Part shown: in pieces, positions 14,601-28,029 of the stretch
Numbering within the stretch: position 1 is the stretch's first letter
How the letters are laid out: every line of letters begins with the position of its first letter
From: Eledone cirrhosa
Taxonomy: Eukaryota
NCBI GenBank assembly: GCA_964016885.1
Contig: CAXHJY010000530.1
Coordinates: forward strand, 4,422 to 68,421
Reading direction: 5' to 3'
DNA: 64,000 bases
The notes under the pieces: generated by a model
What the model was told of the DNA's origin: nothing
Databases searched by the model: none
The model's input: the letters and a program-made list of their open reading frames with translations, nothing else
Position numbers and translations under genes: made by a program

Positions 14601-17100
14601 TGGAACAGGTAGATGATACCAACAACTGGGAAGACTGGAACAGGTAGATGATACCAACAACTGGGAAGACGGGAACAGGTAGATGATACCAACAACTGGG
14701 AAGACTGGAACAGGTAGATGATACCAATAACTGGGAAGACTGGAACAGGTAGATGATACTAACAACTGGGAAGACTGGAACAGGCAGATGATGCTAAAAA
14801 CTGGGAAGACTGGAACAGGTAGAAGATACTAACAACTGGGAAGACTGGAACAGGTAGATGATACCAACAACTGGGTAGACTGGAACAGGTAGATGATACT
14901 AACAACTGGGAAGACTGAAACAGGTAGATGATAATAACAACTGGGAAGACTGAAACAGGTAAATGATACTAACAACTGGGAAGACTGGAACAGGTAGATG
15001 ATACTAACAACTGGGAAGACTGGAACAGGTAGATGATACTAACAACTGGGAAGACTGGAACAGGTAGATGATAACAATAACTGGGTAGACTGTAACAGGT
15101 AGATGATACTAACAACTGGGAAGACTGGAACAGGTAGATGATAACAACAACTGGGAAGACTGGAACAGGTAGATGATACTAACAACTGGGAAGACTGGAA
15201 CAGGTAGATGATACCAACAACTGGGAAGACTGGAACAGGTAAATGATACTAACAACTGGGAAGACTGGAACAGGTAGAAGATACCAACAACTGGGAAGAC
15301 TGGAACAGGTAGATGATACTAACAACTGGGAAGACTGGAACAGGTAGATGATACTAACAACTGGGAAGACTGGAAGAGGTAGATGATACCAACAACTGGG
15401 AAGACTGGAACAGGTAGATGATACCAACAACTGGGAAGACTAGAACAGGTAGATGATACTAACAACTGGGAAGACTGGAACAGGTAGAAGATACCAACAA
15501 CTGGGAAGACTGGAACAGGTAGATGATACTAACAACTGGGAAGACTGGAACAGGTAGATGATACTAACAATTGGGAAGACTGGAACAGGTAGATGATACT
15601 AACAACTGGGAAGACTGGAACAGGGAGATGATACCAACAACTGGGAAGACTGGAACAGGTAGATGATACCAACAACTGGGAAGACTGGAACAGGTAGATG
15701 ATACCAACAACTGGGAAGACTGGAACAGGTAGATGATACCAACAACTGGGAAGACTGGAACAGGTAGATGATACCAATAACTGGGAAGACTGGAACAGGT
15801 AGATGATACTAACAACTGGGAAGACTGGAACAGGCAGATGATACTAACAACTGGGAAGACTGGAACAGGTAGAAGATACTAACAACTGGGAAGACTGGAA
15901 CAGGTAGATGATACTAACAACTGGGAAGACTGAAACAGGTAGATGATACTAACAACTGGGAAGACTGGAACAGGTAGATGATACCAACAACTGGGAAGAC
16001 TGGAACAGGTAGATGATACCAACAACTGGGAAGACTGGAACAGGTAGATGATACCAACAACTGGGAAGGCTGAAACAGGTAGATGATAATAACAACTGGG
16101 AAGACTGAAACAGGTAAATGATACTAACAACTGGGAAGACTGGAACAGGTAGATGATACTAACAACTGGGAAGACTGGAACAGGTAGATGATACTAACAA
16201 CTGGGAAGACTGGAACAGGTAGATGATACCAATAACTGGGTAGACTGGAACAGGTAGATGATACTAACAACTGGGAAGACTGGAACAGGTAGATGATAAC
16301 AACAACTGGGAAGACTGGAACAGGTAGATGATACTAACAACTGGGAAGACTGGAACAGGTAGATGATACCAACAACTGGGAAGACTGGAACAGGTAGATG
16401 ATACTAACAACTGGGAAGACTGGAACAGGTAGAAGATACAAACAAATGGGAAGACTGGAACAGGTAGATGATACCAACAACTGGGAAGACTGGAACAGAT
16501 AGATGATACTAACAACTGGGAAGACTGGAACAGGTAGAAGATACCAACAACTGGGAAGACTGGAACAGGTAGATGATACTAATAACTGGGAAGACTGGAA
16601 CAGGTAGATGATACCAACAACTGGGAAGACTGGAACAGGTAGATCATACTAACAACTGGGAAGACTGGAACAGGTAGATGATACCAACAACTGGGAAGAC
16701 TGGAACAGGTAGATGATACCAACAACTGGGAAGACTGGAACAGGTAGATGATACCAACAACTGGGAAGACTGGAACAGGTAGATGATACCAACAACTGGG
16801 AAGACTGGAACAGGTAGATGATACCAACAACTGGGAAGACTGGAACAGGTAGATGATACTAACAACTGGGAAGAATGGAACAGGTAGATGATACCAACAA
16901 CTGGGAAGACTGGAACAGGTAGATAATACCAACAACTGGGAAGACTGGAACAGGTAGATGATACCAACAACTGGGAAGACTGGAACAGGTAGATGATACC
17001 AATAACTGTGAAGACTGGAACAGGTAGATGATACTAACAACTGGGAAGACTGGAACAGGCAGATGATACTAACAACTGGGAAGTCTGGAACAGGTAGAAG
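11700..17100. repeat. ~2.94-kb (84-monomer) tandem duplication; repeated in copy B at ~43.3-48.7 kb
   Basis: gggaacaggt (after gaagac) at 11731/14671, atgctaaaaa at 11851/14791, tggaagaggt at 12431/15371 (all +2,940). The downstream part is offset by 2,870 (ORFs 13394/16264). Confidence 0.85.
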
Positions 17101-20100
17101 ATACTAACAACTGGGAAGACTGGAACAGGTAGATGATACCAACAACTGGGTAGACTGGAACAGGTAGATGATACTAACAACTGGGAAGACTGAAACAGGT
17201 AGATGATACTAACAACTGGGAAGACAGAAACAGGTAAATGATACTAACAACTGGGAAGACTGGAACAGGTAGATGATACTAACAACTGGGAAGACTGGAA
17301 CAGGTAGATGATACCAACAACTGGGAAGACTGGAACAGGTAGATGATACTAACAACTGGGAAGACTGGAACAGGTAGATGATACCAACAACTGGGAAGAC
17401 TGGAACAGGTAGATGATACTAACAACTGGGAAGACTGGAACAGGTAGATGATACCAACAACTGGGAAGACTGGAACAGGTAGATGATACCAACAACTGGG
17501 AAGACTGGAACAGGTAGATGATACTAACAACTGGGAAGACTGGAACAGGTAGATGATACCAACAACTGGGAAGACTGGAACAGGTTGAAGATACCAACAA
17601 CTGGGAAGACTGGAACAGGTAGATGATACCAACAACTGGGAAGACTGAAACAGGTAGATGATAATAACAACTGGGAAGACTGGAACAGGTAGATGATACT
17701 AACAACTGGGAAGACTGGAACAGGTAGATGATACTAACAACTGGGAAGACAGGAACAGGTAGATGATACCAACAACTGGGAAGACTAGAACAGGTAGATG
17801 ATACCAACAACTGGGAAGACTGGAACAGGTAGATGATACCAATAACTGGGAAGACTGGAACAGGTAGATGATACTAACAACTGGGAAGACTGGAACAGGC
17901 AGATGATACTAACAACTGGGAAGACTGGAACAGGTAGAAGATACTAACAACTGGGAAGACTGGAACAGGTAGATGATACCAACAACTGGGTAGACTGGAA
18001 CAGGTAGATGATACTAACAACTGGGAAGACTGAAACAGGTAGATGATACTAACAACTGGGAAGACTGAAACAGGTAAATGATACTAACAACTGGGAAGAC
18101 TGGAACAGGTAGATGATACTAACAACTGGGAAGACTGGAACAGGTAGATGATACCAACAACTGGGAAGACTGGAACAGGTAGATGATACTAACAACTGGG
18201 AAGACTGGAACAGGTAGATGATACTAACAACTGGGAAGACTGGAACAGGTAGATGATACCAACAACTGGGAAGACTGGAACAGGTAGATGATACTAACAA
18301 CTGGGAAGACTGGAACAGGTAGATGATACCAACAACTGGGAAGACTGGAACAGGTAGATGATACCAACAACTGGGAAGACTGGAACAGGTAGATGATACT
18401 AACAACTGGGAAGACTGGAACAGGTAGATGATACCAACAACTGGGAAGACTGGAACAGGTAGATGATACCAACAACTGGGAAGACTGGAACAGGTAGATG
18501 ATACCAACAACTGGGAAGACTGAAACAGGTAGATGATAATAACAACTGGGAAGACTGAAACAGGTAAATGATACTAACAACTGGGAAGACTGGAACAGGT
18601 AGATGATACTAACAACTGGGAAGACTGAAACAGGTAGATGATACTAACAACTGGGAAGACTGGAACAGGTAGATGATACCAATAACTGGGTAGACTGGAA
18701 CAGGTAGATGATACTAACAACTGGGAAGACTGGAACAGGTAGATGATAACAACAACTGGGAAGACTGAAACAGGTAGATGATACTAACAACTGGGAAGAC
18801 TGGAACAGGTAGATGATACCAACAACTGGGAAGACTGGAACAGGTAGATGACACCAACAACTGGGAAGACTGGAACAGGTAGATGATACTAACAACTGGG
18901 AAGACTGGAACAGGTAGATGATACTAACAACTGGGAAGACTGGAACAGGTAGAAGATACCAACAACTGGGAAGACTGGAACAGGTAGATGATACTAACAA
19001 CTGGGAAGACTGGAACAGGTAGATGATACTAACAACTGGGAAGACTGGAAGAGGTAGATGATACCAACAACTGGGAAGACTGGAACAGGTAGATGATACC
19101 AACAACTGGGAAGACTAGAACAGGTAGATGATACTAACAACTGGGAAGACTGGAACAGGTAGAAGATACCAACAACTGGGAAGACTGGAACAGGTAGATG
19201 ATACTAACAACTGGGAAGACTGGAACAGGTAGATGATACTAACAATTGGGAAGACTGGAACAGGTAGATGATACTAACAACTGGGAAGACTGGAACAGGG
19301 AGATGATACCAACAACTGGGAAGACTGGAACAGGTAGATGATACCAACAACTGGGAAGACTGGAACAGGTAGATGATACCAACAACTGGGAAGACTGGAA
19401 CAGGTAGATGATACCAACAACTGGGAAGACTGGAACAGGTAGATGATACCAATAACTGGGAAGACTGGAACAGGTAGATGATACTAACAACTGGGAAGAC
19501 TGGAACAGGCAGATGATACTAACAACTGGGAAGACTGGAACAGGTAGAAGATACTAACAACTGGGAAGACTGGAACAGGTAGATGATACTAACAACTGGG
19601 AAGACTGAAACAGGTAGATGATACTAACAACTGGGAAGACTGGAACAGGTAGATGATACCAACAACTGGGAAGACTGGAACAGGTAGATGATACCAACAA
19701 CTGGGAAGACTGGAACAGGTAGATGATACCAACAACTGGGAAGGCTGAAACAGGTAGATGATAATAACAACTGGGAAGACTGAAACAGGTAAATGATACT
19801 AACAACTGGGAAGACTGGAACAGGTAGATGATACTAACAACTGGGAAGACTGGAACAGGTAGATGATACTAACAACTGGGAAGACTGGAACAGGTAGATG
19901 ATACCAATAACTGGGTAGACTGGAACAGGTAGATGATACTAACAACTGGGAAGACTGGAACAGGTAGATGATAACAACAACTGGGAAGACTGGAACAGGT
20001 AGATGATACTAACAACTGGGAAGACTGGAACAGGTAGATGATACCAACAACTGGGAAGACTGGAACAGGTAGATGATACTAACAACTGGGAAGACTGGAA

Positions 20101-22700
20101 CAGGTAGAAGATACAAACAAATGGGAAGACTGGAACAGGTAGATGATACCAACAACTGGGAAGACTGGAACAGATAGATGATACTAACAACTGGGAAGAC
20201 TGGAACAGGTAGAAGATACCAACAACTGGGAAGACTGGAACAGGTAGATGATACTAATAACTGGGAAGACTGGAACAGGTAGATGATACCAACAACTGGG
20301 AAGACTGGAACAGGTAGATCATACTAACAACTGGGAAGACTGGAACAGGTAGATGATACCAACAACTGGGAAGACTGGAACAGGTAGATGATACCAACAA
20401 CTGGGAAGACTGGAACAGGTAGATGATACCAACAACTGGGAAGACTGGAACAGGTAGATGATACCAACAACTGGGAAGACTGGAACAGGTAGATGATACC
20501 AACAACTGGGAAGACTGGAACAGGTAGATGATACTAACAACTGGGAAGAATGGAACAGGTAGATGATACCAACAACTGGGAAGACTGGAACAGGTAGATA
20601 ATACCAACAACTGGGAAGACTGGAACAGGTAGATGATACCAACAACTGGGAAGACTGGAACAGGTAGATGATACCAATAACTGTGAAGACTGGAACAGGT
20701 AGATGATACTAACAACTGGGAAGACTGGAACAGGCAGATGATACTAACAACTGGGAAGTCTGGAACAGGTAGAAGATACTAACAACTGGGAAGACTGGAA
20801 CAGGTAGATGATACCAACAACTGGGTAGACTGGAACAGGTAGATGATACTAACAACTGGGAAGACTGAAACAGGTAGATGATACTAACAACTGGGAAGAC
20901 AGAAACAGGTAAATGATACTAACAACTGGGAAGACTGGAACAGGTAGATGATACTAACAACTGGGAAGACTGGAACAGGTAGATGATACCAACAACTGGG
21001 AAGACTGGAACAGGTAGATGATACTAACAACTGGGAAGACTGGAACAGGTAGATGATACCAACAACTGGGAAGACTGGAACAGGTAGATGATACTAACAA
21101 CTGGGAAGACTGGAACAGGTAGATGATACCAACAACTGGGAAGACTGGAACAGGTAGATGATACCAACAACTGGGAAGACTGGAACAGGTAGATGATACT
21201 AACAACTGGGAAGACTGGAACAGGTAGATGATACCAACAACTGGGAAGACTGGAACAGGTTGAAGATACCAACAACTGGGAAGACTGGAACAGGTAGATG
21301 ATACCAACAACTGGGAAGACTGAAACAGGTAGATGATAATAACAACTGGGAAGACTGGAACAGGTAGATGATACTAACAACTGGGAAGACTGGAACAGGT
21401 AGATGATACTAACAACTGGGAAGACAGGAACAGGTAGATGATACCAACAACTGGGAAGACTAGAACAGGTAGATGATACCAACAACTGGGAAGACTGGAA
21501 CAGGTAGATGATACCAATAACTGGGAAGACTGGAACAGGTAGATGATACTAACAACTGGGAAGACTGGAACAGGCAGATGATACTAACAACTGGGAAGAC
21601 TGGAACAGGTAGAAGATACTAACAACTGGGAAGACTGGAACAGGTAGATGATACCAACAACTGGGTAGACTGGAACAGGTAGATGATACTAACAACTGGG
21701 AAGACTGAAACAGGTAGATGATACTAACAACTGGGAAGACTGAAACAGGTAAATGATACTAACAACTGGGAAGACTGGAACAGGTAGATGATACTAACAA
21801 CTGGGAAGACTGGAACAGGTAGATGATACCAACAACTGGGAAGACTGGAACAGGTAGATGATACTAACAACTGGGAAGACTGGAACAGGTAGATGATACT
21901 AACAACTGGGAAGACTGGAACAGGTAGATGATACCAACAACTGGGAAGACTGGAACAGGTAGATGATACTAACAACTGGGAAGACTGGAACAGGTAGATG
22001 ATACCAACAACTGGGAAGACTGGAACAGGTAGATGATACCAACAACTGGGAAGACTGGAACAGGTAGATGATACTAACAACTGGGAAGACTGGAACAGGT
22101 AGATGATACCAACAACTGGGAAGACTGGAACAGGTAGATGATACCAACAACTGGGAAGACTGGAACAGGTAGATGATACCAACAACTGGGAAGACTGAAA
22201 CAGGTAGATGATAATAACAACTGGGAAGACTGAAACAGGTAAATGATACTAACAACTGGGAAGACTGGAACAGGTAGATGATACTAACAACTGGGAAGAC
22301 TGAAACAGGTAGATGATACTAACAACTGGGAAGACTGGAACAGGTAGATGATACCAATAACTGGGTAGACTGGAACAGGTAGATGATACTAACAACTGGG
22401 AAGACTGGAACAGGTAGATGATAACAACAACTGGGAAGACTGAAACAGGTAGATGATACTAACAACTGGGAAGACTGGAACAGGTAGATGATACCAACAA
22501 CTGGGAAGACTGGAACAGGTAGATGACACCAACAACTGGGAAGACTGGAACAGGTAGATGATACTAACAACTGGGAAGACTGGAACAGGTAGATGATACT
22601 AACAACTGGGAAGACTGGAACAGGTAGAAGATACCAACAACTGGGAAGACTGGAACAGGTAGATGATACTAACAACTGGGAAGACTGGAACAGGTAGATG
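15250..22700. repeat. 3,675-bp (105-monomer) tandem duplication present only in copy A
   Basis: gaggtag 15376/19051, cagggag 15621/19296, ctgtgaagac ~17006/20681, aagtctgg ~17081/20756, gacagaaa ~17223/20898. ORF pairs 15529/19204 through 18644/22319 are all +3,675. Confidence 0.93.
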
Positions 22701-24799
22701 ATACTAACAACTGGGAAGACTGGAACAGGTAGATGATACCAACAACTGGGAAGACTGGAACAGGTAGATGATACCAACAACTGGGAAGACTGGAACAGGT
22801 AGATGATACCAACAACTGGGAAGACTAGAACAGGTAGATGATACTAACAACTGGGAAGACTGGAACAGGTAGAAGATACCAAAAACTGGGAAGACTGGAA
22901 CAGGTAGATGATACCAACAACTGGGATGACTGGAACAGGTAGATGATACTAACAACTGGGAAGACTGGAACAGGTAGATGATACTAACAACTGGGAAGAC
23001 TGGAACAGGTAGATGATACTAACAACTGGGAAGACTGGAACAGGTAGATGATACCAACAACTGGGAAGACTGGAACATGTAGATGATACCAACAACTGGG
23101 AAGACTGGAACAGGTAGATGATACTAACAACTGGGAAGACTGGAACAGGTAGAAGATACCAACAACTGGGAAGACTGGAACAGGTAGATGATACCAACAA
23201 CTGGGAAGACTGGAACAGGTAGATGATACCAACAACTGGGAAGACTGGAACAGGTAGATGATACCAACAACTGGGAAGACTGGAACAGGTAGATGATACC
23301 AGCAACTGGGAAGACTAGAACAGGTAGATGATACTAACAACTGGGAAGACTGGAACAGGTAGAAGATACCAAAAACTGGGAAGACTGGAACAGGTAGATG
23401 ATACCAACAACTGGGAAGACTGGAACAGGTAGATGATACTAACAACTGGGAAGACTGGAACAGCTAGATGATACTAACAACTGGGAAGACTGGAACAGGT
23501 AGAAGATACCAAAAACTGGGAAGACTGGAACAGGTAGATGATACCAACAACTGGGAAGACTGGAACAGGTAGATTATACTAACAACTGGGAAGACTGGAA
23601 CAGGTAGATGATACTAACAACTGGGAAGACTGGAACAGGTAGATGATACTAACAACTGGGAAGACTGAAACAGGTAGATGATACTAACAACTGGGAAGAC
23701 TGAAACAGGTAGATGATACCAACAACTGGGAAGACTGGAACAGGTAGATGATACCAACAACTGGGAAGACTGGAACAGGTAGATGATACCAACAACTGGG
23801 AAGGCTGAAACAGGTAGATGATAATAACAACTGGGAAGACTGAAACAGGTAAATGATACTAACAACTGGGAAGACTGGAACAGGTAGATGATACTAACAA
23901 CTGGGAAGACTGGAACAGGTAGATGATACTAACAACTGGGAAGACTGGAACAGGTAGATGATACCAATAACTGGGTAGACTGGAACAGGTAGATGATACT
24001 AACAACTGGGAAGACTGGAACAGGTAGATGATAACAACAACTGGGAAGACTGGAACAGGTAGATGATACTAACAACTGGGAAGACTGGAACAGGTAGATG
24101 ATACCAACAACTGGGAAGACTGGAACAGGTAGATGATACTAACAACTGGGAAGACTGGAACAGGTAGAAGATACCAACAACTGGGAAGACTGGAACAGGT
24201 AGATGATACCAACAACTGGGAAGACTGGAACAGATAGATGATACTAACAACTGGGAAGACTGGAACAGGTAGAAGATACCAACAACTGGGAAGACTGGAA
24301 CAGGTAGATGATACTAATAACTGGGAAGACTGGAACAGGTAGATGATACCAACAACTGGGAAGACTGCAACAGGTAGATCATACTAACAACTGGGAAGAC
24401 TGGAACAGGTAGATGATACCAACAACTGGGAAGACTGGAACAGGTAGATGATACCAACAACTGGGAAGACTGGAACAGGTAGATGATACCAACAACTGGG
24501 AAGACTGGAACAGGTAGATGATACTAACAACTGGGAAGACTGGAACAGGTAGATGATACCAACAACTGGGAAGACTGGAACAGGTAGATAATACCAACAA
24601 CTGGGAAGACTGGAACAGGTAGATGATACCAACAACTGGGAAGACTGGAACAGGTAGATGATACCAATAACTGGGAAGACTGGAACAGGTAGATGATACT
24701 AACAACTGGGAAGACTGGAACAGGCAGATGATACTAACAACTGGGAAGTCTGGAACAGGTAGAAGATACTAACAACTGGGAAGACTGAAACAGGTAGAT

Positions 24800-27720
24800 G
24801 ATACTAACAACTGGGAAGACTGAAACAGGTAAATGATACTAACAACTGGGAAGACTGGAACAGGTAGATGATACTAACAACTGGGAAGACTGGAACAGGT
24901 AGATGATACCAACAACTGGGAAGACTGGAACAGGTAGATGATACTAACAACTGGGAAGACTGGAACAGGTAGATGATACCAACAACTGGGAAGACTGGAA
25001 CAGGTAGATGATACTAACAACTGGGAAGACTGGAACAGGTAGATGATACCAACAACTGGGAAGACTGGAACAGGTAGATGATACCAACAACTGGGAAGAC
25101 TGGAACAGGTAGATGATACTAACAACTGGGAAGACTGGAACAGGTAGATGATACCAACAACTGGGAAGACTGGAACAGGTAGATGATACCAACAACTGGG
25201 AAGACTGGAACAGGTAGATGATACCAGCAACTGGGAAGACTGAAACAGGTAGATGATAATAACAACTGGGAAGACTGAAACAGGTAAATGATACAAACAA
25301 CTGGGAAGACTGGAACAGGTAGATGATACTAACAACTGGGAAGACTGGAACAGGTAGATGATACTAACAACTGGGAAGACAGGAACAGGTAGATGATACC
25401 AACAACTGGGAAGACTAGAACAGGTAGATGATACCAACAACTGGGAAGACTGGAACAGGTAGATGATACCAATAACTGGGAAGACTGGAACAGGTAGATG
25501 ATACTAACAACTGGGAAGACTGGAACAGGCAGATGATACTAACAACTGGGAAGACTGGAACAGGTAGAAGATACTAACAACTGGGAAGACTGGAACAGGT
25601 AGATGATACCAACAACTGGGTCGACTGGAACAGGTAGATGATACTAACAACTGGGAAGACTGAAACAGGTAGATGATACTAACAACTGGGAAGACTGTAA
25701 CAGGTAAATGATACTAACAACTGGGAAGACTGGAACAGGTAGATGATACTAACAACTGGGAAGACTGGAACAGGTAGATGATACCAACAACTGGGAAGAC
25801 TGGAACAGGTAGATGATACTAACAACTGGGAAGACTGGAACAGGTAGATGATACCAACAACTGGGAAGACTGGAACAGGTAGATGATACTAACAACTGGG
25901 AAGACTGGAACAGGTAGATGATACCAACAACTGGGAAGACTGGAACAGGTAGATGATACCAACAACTGGGAAGACTGGAACAGGTAGATGATACTAACAA
26001 CTGGGAAGACTGGAACAGGTAGATGATACCAACAACTGGGAAGACTGGAACAGGTAGATGATACCAACAACTGGGAAGACTGGAACAGGTAGATGATACC
26101 AACAACTGGGAAGACTGAAACAGGTAGATGATAATAACAACTGGGAAGACTGAAACAGGTAAATGATACTAACAACTGGGAAGACTGGAACAGGTAGATG
26201 ATACTAACAACTGGGAAGACTGAAACAGGTAGATGATACTAACAACTGGGAAGACTGGAACAGGTAGATGATACTAACAACTGGGAAGACTGAAACAGGT
26301 AAATGATACTAACAACTGGGAAGACTGGAACAGGTAGATGATACTAACAACTGGGAAGACTGGAACAGGTAGATGATACCAACAACTGGGAAGACTGGAA
26401 CAGGTAGATGATACTAACAACTGGGAAGACTGGAACAGGTAGATGATACCAACAACTGGGAAGACTGGAACAGGTAGATGATACTAACAACTGGGAAGAC
26501 TGGAACAGGTAGATGATACCAACAACTGGGAAGACTGGAACAGGTAGATGATACCAACAACTGGGAAGACTGGAACAGGTAGATGATACTAACAACTGGG
26601 AAGACTGGAACAGGTAGATGATACCAACAACTGGGAAGACTGGAACAGGTAGATGATACCAACAACTGGGAAGACTGGAACAGGTAGATGATACCAGCAA
26701 CTGGGAAGACTGAAACAGGTAGATGATAATAACAACTGGGAAGACTGAAACAGGTAAATGATACAAACAACTGGGAAGACTGGAACAGGTAGATGATACT
26801 AACAACTGGGAAGACTGGAACAGGTAGATGATACTAACAACTGGGAAGACAGGAACAGGTAGATGATACCAACAACTGGGAAGACTAGAACAGGTAGATG
26901 ATACCAACAACTGGGAAGACTGGAACAGGTAGATGATACCAATAACTGGGAAGACTGGAACAGGTAGATGATACTAACAACTGGGAAGACTGGAACAGGC
27001 AGATGATACTAACAACTGGGAAGACTGGAACAGGTAGAAGATACTAACAACTGGGAAGACTGGAACAGGTAGATGATACCAACAACTGGGTAGACTGGAA
27101 CAGGTAGATGATACTAACAACTGGGAAGACTGAAACAGGTAGATGATACTAACAACTGGGAAGACTGAAACAGGTAAATGATACTAACAACTGGGAAGAC
27201 TGGAACAGGTAGATGATACTAACAACTGGGAAGACTGGAACAGGTAGATGATACCAACAACTGGGAAGACTGGAACAGGTAGATGATACTAACAACTGGG
27301 AAGACTGGAACAGGTAGATGATACCAACAACTGGGAAGACTGGAACAGGTAGATGATACTAACAACTGGGAAGACTGGAACAGGTAGATGATACCAACAA
27401 CTGGGAAGACTGGAACAGGTAGATGATACCAACAACTGGGAAGACTGGAACAGGTAGATGATACTAACAACTGGGAAGACTGGAACAGGTAGATGATACC
27501 AACAACTGGGAAGACTGGAACAGGTAGATGATACCAACAACTGGGAAGACTGGAACAGGTAGATGATACCAACAACTGGGAAGACTGAAACAGGTAGATG
27601 ATAATAACAACTGGGAAGACTGAAACAGGTAAATGATACTAACAACTGGGAAGACTGGAACAGGTAGATGATACTAACAACTGGGAAGACTGAAACAGGT
27701 AGATGATACTAACAACTGGG
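24800..27720. repeat. 1,470-bp (42-monomer) tandem duplication; repeated in copy B at ~52.7-55.65 kb
   Basis: ataccagcaa 25221/26691, atacaaacaa 25291/26761, aggaacaggt 25381/26851. ORFs 24874/26344 and 25749/27219. Confidence 0.9.
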
Positions 27721-28029
27721 AAGACTGGAACAGGTAGATGATACCAATAACTGGGTAGACTGGAACAGGTAGATGATACTAACAACTGGGAAGACTGGAA
27801 CAGGTAGATGATAACAACAACTGGGAAGACTGAAACAGGTAGATGATACTAACAACTGGGAAGACTGGAACAGGTAGATGATACCAACAACTGGGAAGAC
27901 TGGAACAGGTAGATGACACCAACAACTGGGAAGACTGGAACAGGTAGATGATACTAACAACTGGGAAGAATGGAACAGGTAGATGATACTAACAACTGGG
28001 AAGACTGGAACAGGTAGAGGATACCAACA

